Part shown: in pieces, positions 19,177-27,955 of the stretch | How positions within the stretch are numbered: position 1 is the first letter of the stretch | Layout: each line of letters starts with the position of its first letter | DNA from: a virus | Lineage: Duplodnaviria; Heunggongvirae; Uroviricota; Caudoviricetes | DNA: 64,000 nt | IMG/VR virus record: IMGVR_UViG_3300028888_000043 | Coordinates: 265,756 to 329,755 of that record | Direction: 5' to 3' (one strand) | Notes under the pieces: generated by a model | Told to the model about the DNA's origin: nothing | Database searches by the model: none | What the model saw: only the letters and a program-made list of their open reading frames with translations | Program-made: the position numbers and the translations under genes

Positions 19177-20433
19177 ATGAAAGAGTGTAGATACATAGAA
19201 CTGTTTGCCGGTGTAGGTGGATTTCATGTCGGTCTTGACAGGGCAGACAAGGATTTCTTCAAGTGTGTGATGGCCAACCAGTGGGAACCTGGATCCAAAG
19301 ACCAGTTTGCAGCTGACATATACAGGAAGAGATTCCCTGATGACCTGTTGATAAATGATGATGTCAACAACATCAGTGGAAAGGATTATGAAGTAGATCT
19401 GCTTGTGGGTGGTTTTCCATGTCAAGATTACAGTGTTGCCAGGAACAAGTCCAAGTCATTTGGTATAGAAGGTAAGAAGGGTGTTCTCTGGTGGCAGGTC
19501 ATCAGAATCATCTGGGAGATGAAAGTGAAACCGAAGTATCTTCTGTTTGAGAATGTGGACAGGATGATAATCTCCCCTTCCAAGCAGAGAGGAAGGGATT
19601 TTGCTCTCATCTTACAGTCATTGATTAATCTTGGATATGACATAGAATGGAGAGTCATCAATGCTGCGGACTATGGAATGCCACAGAAAAGGAAAAGAAT
19701 CTTCCTTTTTGCGTTCCAAAATGGTAGTTTTGATGTGAAGAGTCCAGATTCCTGGTTGTATAAGGATGGTGTTCTTGCTAAAGCATTCCCTGTGAAAGAA
19801 GACCCAGAACTTGGTCTCTGGGGACTTGACCAGAGAGAGTTGAATTCAGACCTTGTATATCTCTCTGACCATTTCAATGAGAGAAACATCCTGGACCATC
19901 CATTCGAGAATGCCGGCGTGGTGATAGATGGTTATATTTCCACAGTAAAGGTCAAAACGGACTATTCTGGACCATTTATGACACTGGGTGGTGTTCTTGC
20001 CTATGGAGAGGATAGAAAACTCATTACAGAGGACTTTTACCTGTCTGATGAGGATGTGAAGAAGTGGGAGTATGCCAAGGGTCACAAATCATTCGAGAGA
20101 ACAAGTAAGGATGGTTATACCTACACTTACAATGAAGGCGCTATGGCATTCCCGGATTATCTGGATAAACCTGCCAGGACATTGATAACAAGTGAGGTCT
20201 CCACTACTCCGAACAGGTTCACCCATATCATAAGGGATCCAGAGAATGGGAGATTGAGAAGACTGATTCCACTGGAGTTGGAAAGGATACAGATGTTCCC
20301 AGATAACCATACAGAAGGAACTACTGACAAGAAAAGGGGATTTCTGATGGGTAATGCCCTGGTGTGTGGGATTGTCGAGAGGATTGGAATTGAATTGAAG
20401 AAAAGGATATATGAAGATAACCACATTGGATGA
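19177..20433 (+). CDS. dcm: DNA cytosine-C5 methyltransferase, M.Sau3AI-like (probable GATC)
   Basis: ELFAGVGG, ANQWEP, GGFPCQDYSVA, ENVDR, QRGRDFA, QKRKRIF, MGNA; matches recalled M.Sau3AI blocks. Confidence 0.9.
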   Translation: MKECRYIELFAGVGGFHVGLDRADKDFFKCVMANQWEPGSKDQFAADIYRKRFPDDLLINDDVNNISGKDYEVDLLVGGFPCQDYSVARNKSKSFGIEGKKGVLWWQVIRIIWEMKVKPKYLLFENVDRMIISPSKQRGRDFALILQSLINLGYDIEWRVINAADYGMPQKRKRIFLFAFQNGSFDVKSPDSWLYKDGVLAKAFPVKEDPELGLWGLDQRELNSDLVYLSDHFNERNILDHPFENAGVVIDGYISTVKVKTDYSGPFMTLGGVLAYGEDRKLITEDFYLSDEDVKKWEYAKGHKSFERTSKDGYTYTYNEGAMAFPDYLDKPARTLITSEVSTTPNRFTHIIRDPENGRLRRLIPLELERIQMFPDNHTEGTTDKKRGFLMGNALVCGIVERIGIELKKRIYEDNHIG

Positions 20434-20944
20434 GATAATTGAGAGAGATGTTCCGGAAGAACTCTATTTCAAGAAGAAGGACTGGGAGAAAAGAAAGTAT
20501 CTCAGGACTACTCTTCCAATGATGTGTACCGTGAAAGGGGATGATGTCTATCTCTTTGTGGAAGGAGTCAAACCTCCACAGATATTGAAGCAGAAGAGAA
20601 CCGAGGATGAGAAACTGAGGAGACACAGGTTCGGTGACAAGGGGAAGAAGTTCGGAAAGGGAGTCTATGCTGAACCCACAGGTGACGGATATTCCAACAC
20701 CCTGACTACATTCTCTATGGATAATTATGTCTGGGACAGGAACTACAAGGTGAGAGAACTGACTGACAGGGAGGCATTCAGGTTGATGGATGTAGATCCG
20801 GAAGATGTTGATAAGATATTGGATGCTGTTCCTTCTAAATACTGCAAAAAATTGTCAGGCAACAGTATTGTGGTCAATGTGATGACAGAGATATTCAGGA
20901 ATTTATTTGGTGAAAGAACTAACCCAGAAATACCTTTATTTTAA
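20411..20944 (+). CDS. C5-MTase C-terminal subunit 1 (TRD + motifs IX-X)
   Basis: DGYSNTLTT TRD, RELTDREAFRLMD (IX), SGNSIVVNV (X); no motifs I-VIII. Confidence 0.8.
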   Translation: MKITTLDEIIERDVPEELYFKKKDWEKRKYLRTTLPMMCTVKGDDVYLFVEGVKPPQILKQKRTEDEKLRRHRFGDKGKKFGKGVYAEPTGDGYSNTLTTFSMDNYVWDRNYKVRELTDREAFRLMDVDPEDVDKILDAVPSKYCKKLSGNSIVVNVMTEIFRNLFGERTNPEIPLF

Positions 20945-20949
20945 GAATT

Positions 20950-21279
20950 ATGAGTATTTGGTGTGATATACACAGAAGAAGTAATGGTCTCCAGGAAAGG
21001 GAAGAAGACAAAAACAGATATATCAAACTTGATAAGATTGAAGAAATATTGAAATCTATGAAGGTTGGTACAAAGAAAGGTGAATATCCTCCGGTGTTTG
21101 CTTTGAATATTCTTGTTGAACATTTTGATGGTAATGTTGTATCATATTCAATAATGGCAGCATCAACTCAACATGCAGACGGAAGTAGAGATTTTTATTC
21201 AGAACCTGTTTTGAATTCATTTAAAGAAATAATGGATAACAGAGGGAATATTATTGAAATAACCAAGTTGTTTTTATGA
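20950..21279 (+). CDS. Hypothetical protein
   Basis: 109-aa ORF in operon. Confidence 0.55.
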   Translation: MSIWCDIHRRSNGLQEREEDKNRYIKLDKIEEILKSMKVGTKKGEYPPVFALNILVEHFDGNVVSYSIMAASTQHADGSRDFYSEPVLNSFKEIMDNRGNIIEITKLFL

Positions 21280-21286
21280 GTATTAT

Positions 21287-21772
21287 ATGAAACATTTAGT
21301 AGTAATTGCAGAAAAAGAAGAATTTAAGTTGGTTGAGAAACTGGGGTATGATAATTATCCTATTCTCATCACTGGTGTGGGTGCATTGAATGTCATTGAT
21401 GCATTGAAAGACATACCGAAGGACACAAACCTGATAAACATAGGTTATGCAGGAAGTAAAGACCTTGAACCAGGGAAGTTCTACACAGTGAATATGGTGT
21501 CTCTGTATCATCCCAATGTGGATTATTTTGAACGTCAGTATGAACTTGGTTGGATTCCCTGGATGGTTGAGTCAGAGGATGATGAACCTATGATACCAGT
21601 GAAGTGTCTGACTGGGACTGATTTTGTGCTTGAATCAAATGTCAAAGGATGTGTCTTTGATATGGAATTAGCATATATCAAGGCACTTGGTTTTGAGAAT
21701 GTCATTGCTTATAAGTATGTGAGTGACAACCTGGATTTACAGGAATATAGAGAGAAGTTCAATGAGAAATGA
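21287..21772 (+). CDS. MTA/SAH nucleosidase-like (PNP/UDP phosphorylase fold) protein
   Basis: VIA..EE, TGVG..N, INIGYAG, TGTDFV, DME and VSD motifs. Confidence 0.7.
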   Translation: MKHLVVIAEKEEFKLVEKLGYDNYPILITGVGALNVIDALKDIPKDTNLINIGYAGSKDLEPGKFYTVNMVSLYHPNVDYFERQYELGWIPWMVESEDDEPMIPVKCLTGTDFVLESNVKGCVFDMELAYIKALGFENVIAYKYVSDNLDLQEYREKFNEK

Positions 21773-22100
21773 TGTCCATATAGTGAAGGTTGGACCTCAT
21801 CAGCAGGACACTGTGATGTACACTGATGGGGTCTGCCGCTGTATCTGTGTGGGCCATCACAACAACACCAACAGTTACCTGAAAATCCTGGACAATGGAA
21901 AAGTCAGGAAGATGACCACCAAGGAAATCGGGAGACTGATGGGTGTGGATGACAAGGACATAGACACTATGATGGGTGTCCTGGCTCCTGGATCAGTCAA
22001 TTCCTTGTTTGGGAACTCCATTGTGGTGGATGTTCTGGAAGGTGTATTCAGGAACTTGTTTTATGGGGAAGATAAACCAAAAGATATTAAATTGTTTTGA
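21762..22100 (+). CDS. C5-MTase C-terminal subunit 2 (TRD + motifs IX-X)
   Basis: HQQDTV...DG TRD-like segment, RKMTTKEIGRLMG, FGNSIVVDVL; ATG at 21762 preferred. Confidence 0.78.
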   Translation: MRNDVHIVKVGPHQQDTVMYTDGVCRCICVGHHNNTNSYLKILDNGKVRKMTTKEIGRLMGVDDKDIDTMMGVLAPGSVNSLFGNSIVVDVLEGVFRNLFYGEDKPKDIKLF

Positions 22101-22531
22101 TATGGGGATTAAATTGGAAGACTTTGCAAAAGCTGGTGTTGCTTCACCAAAAATCGGAGGAGTTAAGTTTATGAATGATGGTCATAAAGAGTTTGATTTC
22201 ATCAAGTATGAACATCCAAAGAAAGATTGGGGGAACATATTTCTCTATGCTTTGATATATTTTTGTTTGTTTGGTATTTTTTATTTGGTACAATTCATAT
22301 GATACAGGAAAAGAAGATTTATAAAATGAAAGAACTGGAACAGTTCGTACATGACCACATCCAGCAGAAGATTAACAACAATGAACTTCATCTGACAGGA
22401 ATAAGTATGACAGGTGATACTAATATTTTCAAAAGGGAGTTTGAAATATATCAGAATGCCCTGTTGGAAGGTATAGTCAATGGTATCATTATGTGTGATG
22501 GTGAAGTTGAAGGCATTGAAACAGATTAGAT

Positions 22532-22819
22532 ATGGGAAAGGGAAAACCAAGAACTGCTGTTCACAGGAGGGTGAACAGTATGTTAAAGAAATTCGGTAGC
22601 GAATGTGAATGGTGGGATGGAGGTTATCCTGAATGTATGCTACCATGGGACGGGAAGTGTTCTGGCAATCCGTTTGTCTGTAAGAAACTGTATATGCAGT
22701 ATCTTGCATCTTCAAAGAAGATTGACCAGAATGTTGTAGCAGAGTTTGAGAACCGTGAAAAGGATTCATTAAAAGAAAAATATCCAAACTATGACACCAG
22801 AAGAGAAATCAGTATTTGA
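22532..22819 (+). CDS. Hypothetical Cys-containing protein
   Basis: 95 aa in a tightly packed operon. Confidence 0.5.
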   Translation: MGKGKPRTAVHRRVNSMLKKFGSECEWWDGGYPECMLPWDGKCSGNPFVCKKLYMQYLASSKKIDQNVVAEFENREKDSLKEKYPNYDTRREISI

Positions 22820-23231
22820 CGAGTATGGTACTGCATATCCCTGTTGTGGGAACTGTGCCAACATCCGGGAGGCATGTTGGAAGTTGATGTGTAAATTGAA
22901 CTATGAATATAGGGAGTTCGGATCATTGAAATGTGTTTATTACAAGTTTAAGCAGAATGTACCTGTATTGGAAGAACTCATTGAACAGAGAGAATCATTA
23001 AATTAAACAATTATGACACAGGAAGAACTTAGAAAATATCTCTGGGAGAAATGGAGTAATTATTCAAGGGGACTTTCCATCTCTTATTCTTTCAGGAAGA
23101 ACAAGGAACTGACTATAAAGGATGTGGAGGATGCCTTCGAGTCTGGGTTCTATGAATTCCAGCAGATTTGTTACAAGAACAATATCAAGATGGAAGACCT
23201 TAAATTGGAGTAATTTTGTTATATTTAATAT

Positions 23232-23450
23232 ATGAAAAAGTACAAAATCAGAAAGTTGACACCAAGGGAGTGTTATAGATTAATGGGTGTGGAAGATACA
23301 GACACAGATAAATTACTTGGAACTGATTTGAAAGATTCAAATCATTATAAACTTGCAGGTAATTCTATTGTTGTGGATTGTATGGTTCATATGTTTGACA
23401 AGTTGTTCTTTAACAGGAATGAACCTAAGAAAAAAATTACATTATGGTAA
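23232..23450 (+). CDS. C5-MTase C-terminal subunit 3 (motifs IX-X only)
   Basis: IRKLTPRECYRLMG, YKLAGNSIVVDC; own TTTGTTATATTT motif at 23215-23226. Confidence 0.8.
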   Translation: MKKYKIRKLTPRECYRLMGVEDTDTDKLLGTDLKDSNHYKLAGNSIVVDCMVHMFDKLFFNRNEPKKKITLW

Positions 23451-23465
23451 AAAATAGGGATAGAA

Positions 23466-24524
23466 CTAAATTCTATCCCTTATTTGTTGTAAAATATCAT
23501 CTAATTTTGTTGAGAAGATTTCAATCCAATTCAGATTGTTTTTCTTTGCAATATCTCTCTTTTCAACATCTCTTATTGTCCAGTTTTCTATTGCATTTTG
23601 ATAGTATTTACTGTTTTTTGATTTTTCCTGCCAATTTAATAATGTCTTCTCATCATTTTCATCTGACAAATATGGGTGGAATCCATGTGTCCATGTTCCA
23701 TTAATTTCAAGGAATAAATCAGTTTGTGGAAAATAAAAATCACAAATGAAATTGTATCTATTTTTGTCTCTGTGATGCTGAATATAATTTATATGATTTT
23801 CATCTAACCAGTTTTTAAGTTTATTCTCAATGGATGATGATTTGAATGAATGGTTTATTTTCTTTGTTGTTATTTGTTTTGTGTACCAATCATCTTTAAT
23901 ATCTTTCATATGGTATTTATATTCATTTGTTTGAGAATATGTATTACAGTGATATTTTTCATTGCAAGTTTTCATCATTTTATCTGTATTCCTATATTCT
24001 TCATCTCCATATTTTTTCAATCTTGTTTCTTTTGATTTCTTCAATATTTCTTTGGAATCAAAACCAACACCACCATATCTTTTTGTTGCAGTTTTAACAG
24101 CTCTATTTTTTAGTTCTTTATTTTGTTGTGGAAATTCTACACCAAATTTATCTTTACAAGTTGATTTAAATAATTCCAATTTATGCGGATCTACATCTGC
24201 ACATTTTGTACAACAATGTTGATTATATCCACCACCTGTAAAATAGTTGAATTTACATCTATTTCCACATTTACAAATACCAAGTTCAAATTTTGTATCA
24301 TTCTGTAAGAAATGCCAAAGTAATTGAGAAAACTTCCAACCACTTGCAAATTCTGGAATAATCATCTGCAAAAAGTCATCATATAATTCTGGAAATCTAT
24401 ACTTAAAATTCCGTCTATGTGTTAAACAGAGTTTTGGATGAGATATTATGAAATGAAAAACATCATCCTTTGACATTTGAGACAGATTTATAGGAAAACC
24501 TATCTCATCTAATTTTTGAGACAT
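23466..24524 (-). mobile_element. Free-standing putative homing endonuclease (Vsr/DUF559-like nuclease domain with KYG-repeat DNA-binding region)
   Basis: SSIE...DFY...LEING..THG nuclease, K(Y/F)G repeats, Cys cluster; AT-rich; antisense to neighbours; likely start MSQKL at 24524. Confidence 0.7.
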
Positions 24525-24657
24525 AAATATATTGAAAATTATTGTTTTTATAAGAGGACTTATAGTGAATTCCACAATTCACAAAAATGTAAGTCCTCTT
24601 ATTATATTTATGAAAGTTTGTTATATTTATTATGTTAAAGAAATATATTGGATTTTG

Positions 24658-24894
24658 ATGGATGATATAGTAACAAAAGATGGGATATTCAAATACAGAT
24701 GGGAATCAGAATTTCTTGGTAAAAAAGGATGTGATGTTTGCTTTTTAAAAGATGATGAATATTGTCCAAAAGAAAAATGTACAAAGGATGGGTGTTATGT
24801 TATAATGACACAACGTGAACAGCTTAATGAGAGGATACAAAAGTGGTTGGATGAAAAGAAGTTAAAGAAACAGCAAGAACTTGATAATAAATAG
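24658..24894 (+). CDS. Small Cys-rich hypothetical protein
   Basis: ATG after TTTGTTATATTT (24617-24628). Confidence 0.5.
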   Translation: MDDIVTKDGIFKYRWESEFLGKKGCDVCFLKDDEYCPKEKCTKDGCYVIMTQREQLNERIQKWLDEKKLKKQQELDNK

Positions 24895-24899
24895 GTTTT

Positions 24900-25646
24900 A
24901 TGGTAAAGAAATATACAAAAGAAAATCCATTGAGGGTGTTTACAGCATTCTCTGGTTATGATTCCCAGTGTCTTGCACTCAACAGACTGGGAATTACTTA
25001 TGATTTGGTGGGTTGGTCAGAGATTGACCCTGCCGCCATCAAGGCGCATGATGCTCTGTTCCCACAGTATGCTGACAGAAATTATGGTGACATCTCCAAG
25101 ATTGATTGGTCACAAGTTCCTGATTTTGATTTGTTTACTTATTCAAGTCCTTGTACTGACTTCAGTAATGCCGGTGCACAGGCAGGTGGTGAGGAAGGTT
25201 CTGGTACCAGGTCATCCCTTCTGTGGGAATGTAGGAAGACTATCCTTGCCAAGAAACCCAAATATCTGATGTTCGAGAATGTAAAGGCTCTCACATCAGA
25301 GAAGTTCTTCTATCTCTTTGACAAGTGGTGTAAGGAACTGGAGTCTTATGGTTATGCCAATTTCTACCAGATATTGAATGCCAAGAACTATGGGGTCCCA
25401 CAGTCAAGGGAAAGGATTTTTATGATTTCTATTTTGAAAACTGATGATGAACCTGATCCATACTATGAGTTCCCTAAACCTGTCAAATTGGAGAAGTGTA
25501 TAGAGGACATTCTTGAGGATGATGTTCCTGAGAAGTACTATATGAAACCGGAAGTAACTGAGAAGTACATTGAAATTATGAATCAGGAGTATCCGGATGA
25601 GGTTGGTGAGGACATTGATGTGGAGGATTACACTGGGTTATGGTAA
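24900..25646 (+). CDS. C5-MTase catalytic N-terminal subunit (motifs I-VIII only)
   Basis: FTAFSGYDSQ (I), SEID (II), GDI (III), SSPCTDFS (IV), ENV (VI), PQSRERIF (VIII); ends before the TRD and motifs IX-X. Confidence 0.85.
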   Translation: MVKKYTKENPLRVFTAFSGYDSQCLALNRLGITYDLVGWSEIDPAAIKAHDALFPQYADRNYGDISKIDWSQVPDFDLFTYSSPCTDFSNAGAQAGGEEGSGTRSSLLWECRKTILAKKPKYLMFENVKALTSEKFFYLFDKWCKELESYGYANFYQILNAKNYGVPQSRERIFMISILKTDDEPDPYYEFPKPVKLEKCIEDILEDDVPEKYYMKPEVTEKYIEIMNQEYPDEVGEDIDVEDYTGLW

Positions 25647-25978
25647 GGAAGGCTATAAATACTTGTACTGACGGGACATGTAGGACAATAGTTTCCTGGT
25701 ATGCCAAGGGTGGCAGGAGTAATTTCGCTGCCTGGAATGGTACTGACAGATTTCTTATGACTGCTGTCCTGGAAGAATATGATGAAGAAGAACTTATGGA
25801 AAGAAAAGAAAGATTTATAGTTGACCATCAGGGTTATGGTAAGGCTGACCCCAGACCTGGATCTCATCTTGTTTTACCATCCAACAAAAAAACATGTACC
25901 ACCTTGACTACCTTCTGTGGTTTGAACAAGGCTGTTGTTGAAGTCTATGAGGATGATGAAAATTCAGACAGTGAGTAG
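25640..25978 (+). CDS. Stand-alone TRD-like protein of split C5-MTase
   Basis: Two TRD-like segments (DGTCRTIVSWYAKG; KTCTTLTT); start overlaps the catalytic subunit stop. Confidence 0.6.
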   Translation: MVRKAINTCTDGTCRTIVSWYAKGGRSNFAAWNGTDRFLMTAVLEEYDEEELMERKERFIVDHQGYGKADPRPGSHLVLPSNKKTCTTLTTFCGLNKAVVEVYEDDENSDSE

Positions 25979-25980
25979 TT

Positions 25981-26844
25981 ATGGAGAAGTTAAGTAATTT
26001 GAATGAGGCGAGAAGGGTGTTCATATATAATCATAAGACTATGCCCTTTGAATTTGCAGAAATTTGTAAAATGGATAAGTTCCAGACTAAAATTGCACAA
26101 AGGACAGGAAAGCCTTGGAGAAATTCTGTTGAACTAAACAAGTTCCTTAAAAATGATTATGCCGGTGAACTCCCAAAGAGTCTTTTGGAATTGGCCAGGA
26201 GGTTAAAGGAACCGGACTATATCTGTGATTTGTTCTATATGAGTGAAGATGGGTATAAGAACATGTACCCGGAAGAGTATGCCAATTTCTTTGAGAACAA
26301 ACCACAGTGGGAGAAGGAGAAGATATTCCAGGCCGCCGATTATGGTGCAAGGACATTGTTTGAGTTTGAGCAGGATGTGAAGGCCGGAAATTTGATGGAG
26401 GATATGATTGCCTACCATACAAAAGGTATCCTTTCTCCTAATGAGAATGCATCCGGTAGAGGTTCTGATGTACTTTCAACATCCTGTGACTTCATATTCA
26501 GAAGTCCCGATGACAGTATAGAGCAACCTGTCGAGTTGAAGACCAAGTGGGTTTACAAACTGAAGGACAAGGAGATTGTACAGATGAGAGGTACGATAGA
26601 CACAATCCTTAAAGAAAAGGGTATGGTCTTGGCCATATACATCAAAATGAACAAGGCGATACTGATTGATCCCATTGGGAAACATTATAATATGACACCA
26701 GGGAAGATGAAAAATGGGAAAGACTGTGTGAACATAGAGGTTGACAAGAATGATATTGTTGATTTCAAGTTTTGGAATAAAGAAGACCTCAAAAAAATGA
26801 TGCATATGATTTTAGACCAGCACAATGCAAGAGAAACCAAGTAG
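25981..26844 (+). CDS. Hypothetical protein, possible PD-(D/E)xK nuclease
   Basis: E...CDFIF...VELKTK pattern. Confidence 0.4.
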   Translation: MEKLSNLNEARRVFIYNHKTMPFEFAEICKMDKFQTKIAQRTGKPWRNSVELNKFLKNDYAGELPKSLLELARRLKEPDYICDLFYMSEDGYKNMYPEEYANFFENKPQWEKEKIFQAADYGARTLFEFEQDVKAGNLMEDMIAYHTKGILSPNENASGRGSDVLSTSCDFIFRSPDDSIEQPVELKTKWVYKLKDKEIVQMRGTIDTILKEKGMVLAIYIKMNKAILIDPIGKHYNMTPGKMKNGKDCVNIEVDKNDIVDFKFWNKEDLKKMMHMILDQHNARETK

Positions 26845-26888
26845 GTTTCTCTTTTTGTTATATTTAGGTATATAAAATTATTGATATT

Positions 26889-27155
26889 ATGGATGATAAC
26901 AAGTTGGTAATCCTTATACCAAGCAGTTCCCATATAGAGGAGTTGAAGCAGAAGGGGATAGATATTGAGACCGAACTGGCAAGGGTTGTCTTTGACAATC
27001 TCAATCTCATCAAGCAGGGACAGAATCCAAAGACATTGGGTATCAGTGTGACCAGGGAACAGATGAATGACCTGGCCAAGTATGGTATTGATGGACCTGG
27101 ATACATCTCCGCTACCTTCAAGAAGGAACTGCATGAGAGACTGGTGAAAAAGTGA
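26889..27155 (+). CDS. Small protein resembling a major-capsid helix
   Basis: VTREQMNDLAKYGID vs MCP ITREQIQDLKAYGID; promoter motif at 26854-26865. Confidence 0.65.
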   Translation: MDDNKLVILIPSSSHIEELKQKGIDIETELARVVFDNLNLIKQGQNPKTLGISVTREQMNDLAKYGIDGPGYISATFKKELHERLVKK

Positions 27156-27162
27156 GGAAATA

Positions 27163-27194
27163 TTTGGATATTTGAAAAAAATGTAATATCTTTG
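27163..27194 (+). promoter_or_regulatory. Bacteroidota sigma-A type promoter
   Basis: TTTG (27163-66), 20-nt spacer, TATCTTTG (27187-94). Confidence 0.75.
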
Positions 27195-27213
27195 TAATAG
27201 AAAAGATAATCAT

Positions 27214-27528
27214 ATGAAAGAAAAAGTATTCAAATTCAGAATTGTGGAGTTGACCCACAAGTATCTTGATGATGACAATGAGACAGTCAAGACCTATACG
27301 ACATACAAGGTGTATAGGAAGGTTAACTGGATTGTTAATTTCAGCGGATGGCAGGAAGTATGTGACGACATGCTGGATGAGTTCTACACCCTTGAAGATG
27401 CGAAGGATGTTGCCAAGCATTATGTGGACATGTGGAAGAGGAAGTATATGGAGAGCAGGAAGTGTGAGGATTTGAAAACCGAATCCAAGATTATCCTTGA
27501 GTTTGACCTGTCACCCTGGATGAAATAA
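27214..27528 (+). CDS. Hypothetical early protein
   Basis: Directly after the host-type promoter. Confidence 0.6.
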   Translation: MKEKVFKFRIVELTHKYLDDDNETVKTYTTYKVYRKVNWIVNFSGWQEVCDDMLDEFYTLEDAKDVAKHYVDMWKRKYMESRKCEDLKTESKIILEFDLSPWMK

Positions 27529-27538
27529 CTTTGAGATT

Positions 27539-27751
27539 ATGAAATGGTATTTTATAATCCTTATTATTGTTGGGTACCTTGTCATCGGTTCTGCCCTGGC
27601 AGGGTTGACTTACCGCATTAATAAGTTATACCACTATACTGGTGGTGATGATGAGATAGACATCTATATAGTCACAATGTGGCCTATCATCATACCTATC
27701 TACTTTGTGGTGGTATTATGCTTGTTTGTCTATGAACTTTTTAAGGGATAA
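27539..27751 (+). CDS. Small two-TM membrane protein
   Basis: Two hydrophobic segments, WP motif. Confidence 0.55.
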   Translation: MKWYFIILIIVGYLVIGSALAGLTYRINKLYHYTGGDDEIDIYIVTMWPIIIPIYFVVVLCLFVYELFKG

Positions 27752-27955
27752 GTTATGTTCTCAAAGATTGAGGTCAAGAACCTGGAAGAATTGTATAACC
27801 ATCTTAAAGAGAAAAAGATATGATAGCGTTAAAGAAATGGATCTGGATCTTGAGTTTGAACTTTAAGATAACATATAATGATCATATGGATGCTTTCTGG
27901 GATTTCTGGGATTAAATGGATGTAATATGCTGTAACAGGATGAGGATATTATGTA

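Noticed and set aside
25620-25660. Programmed -1 frameshift fusing the MTase catalytic chain to the TRD ORF
   Set aside because: The TRD ORF is in the -1 frame but there is no X XXY YYZ slippery site; the ATG/stop overlap fits translational coupling better
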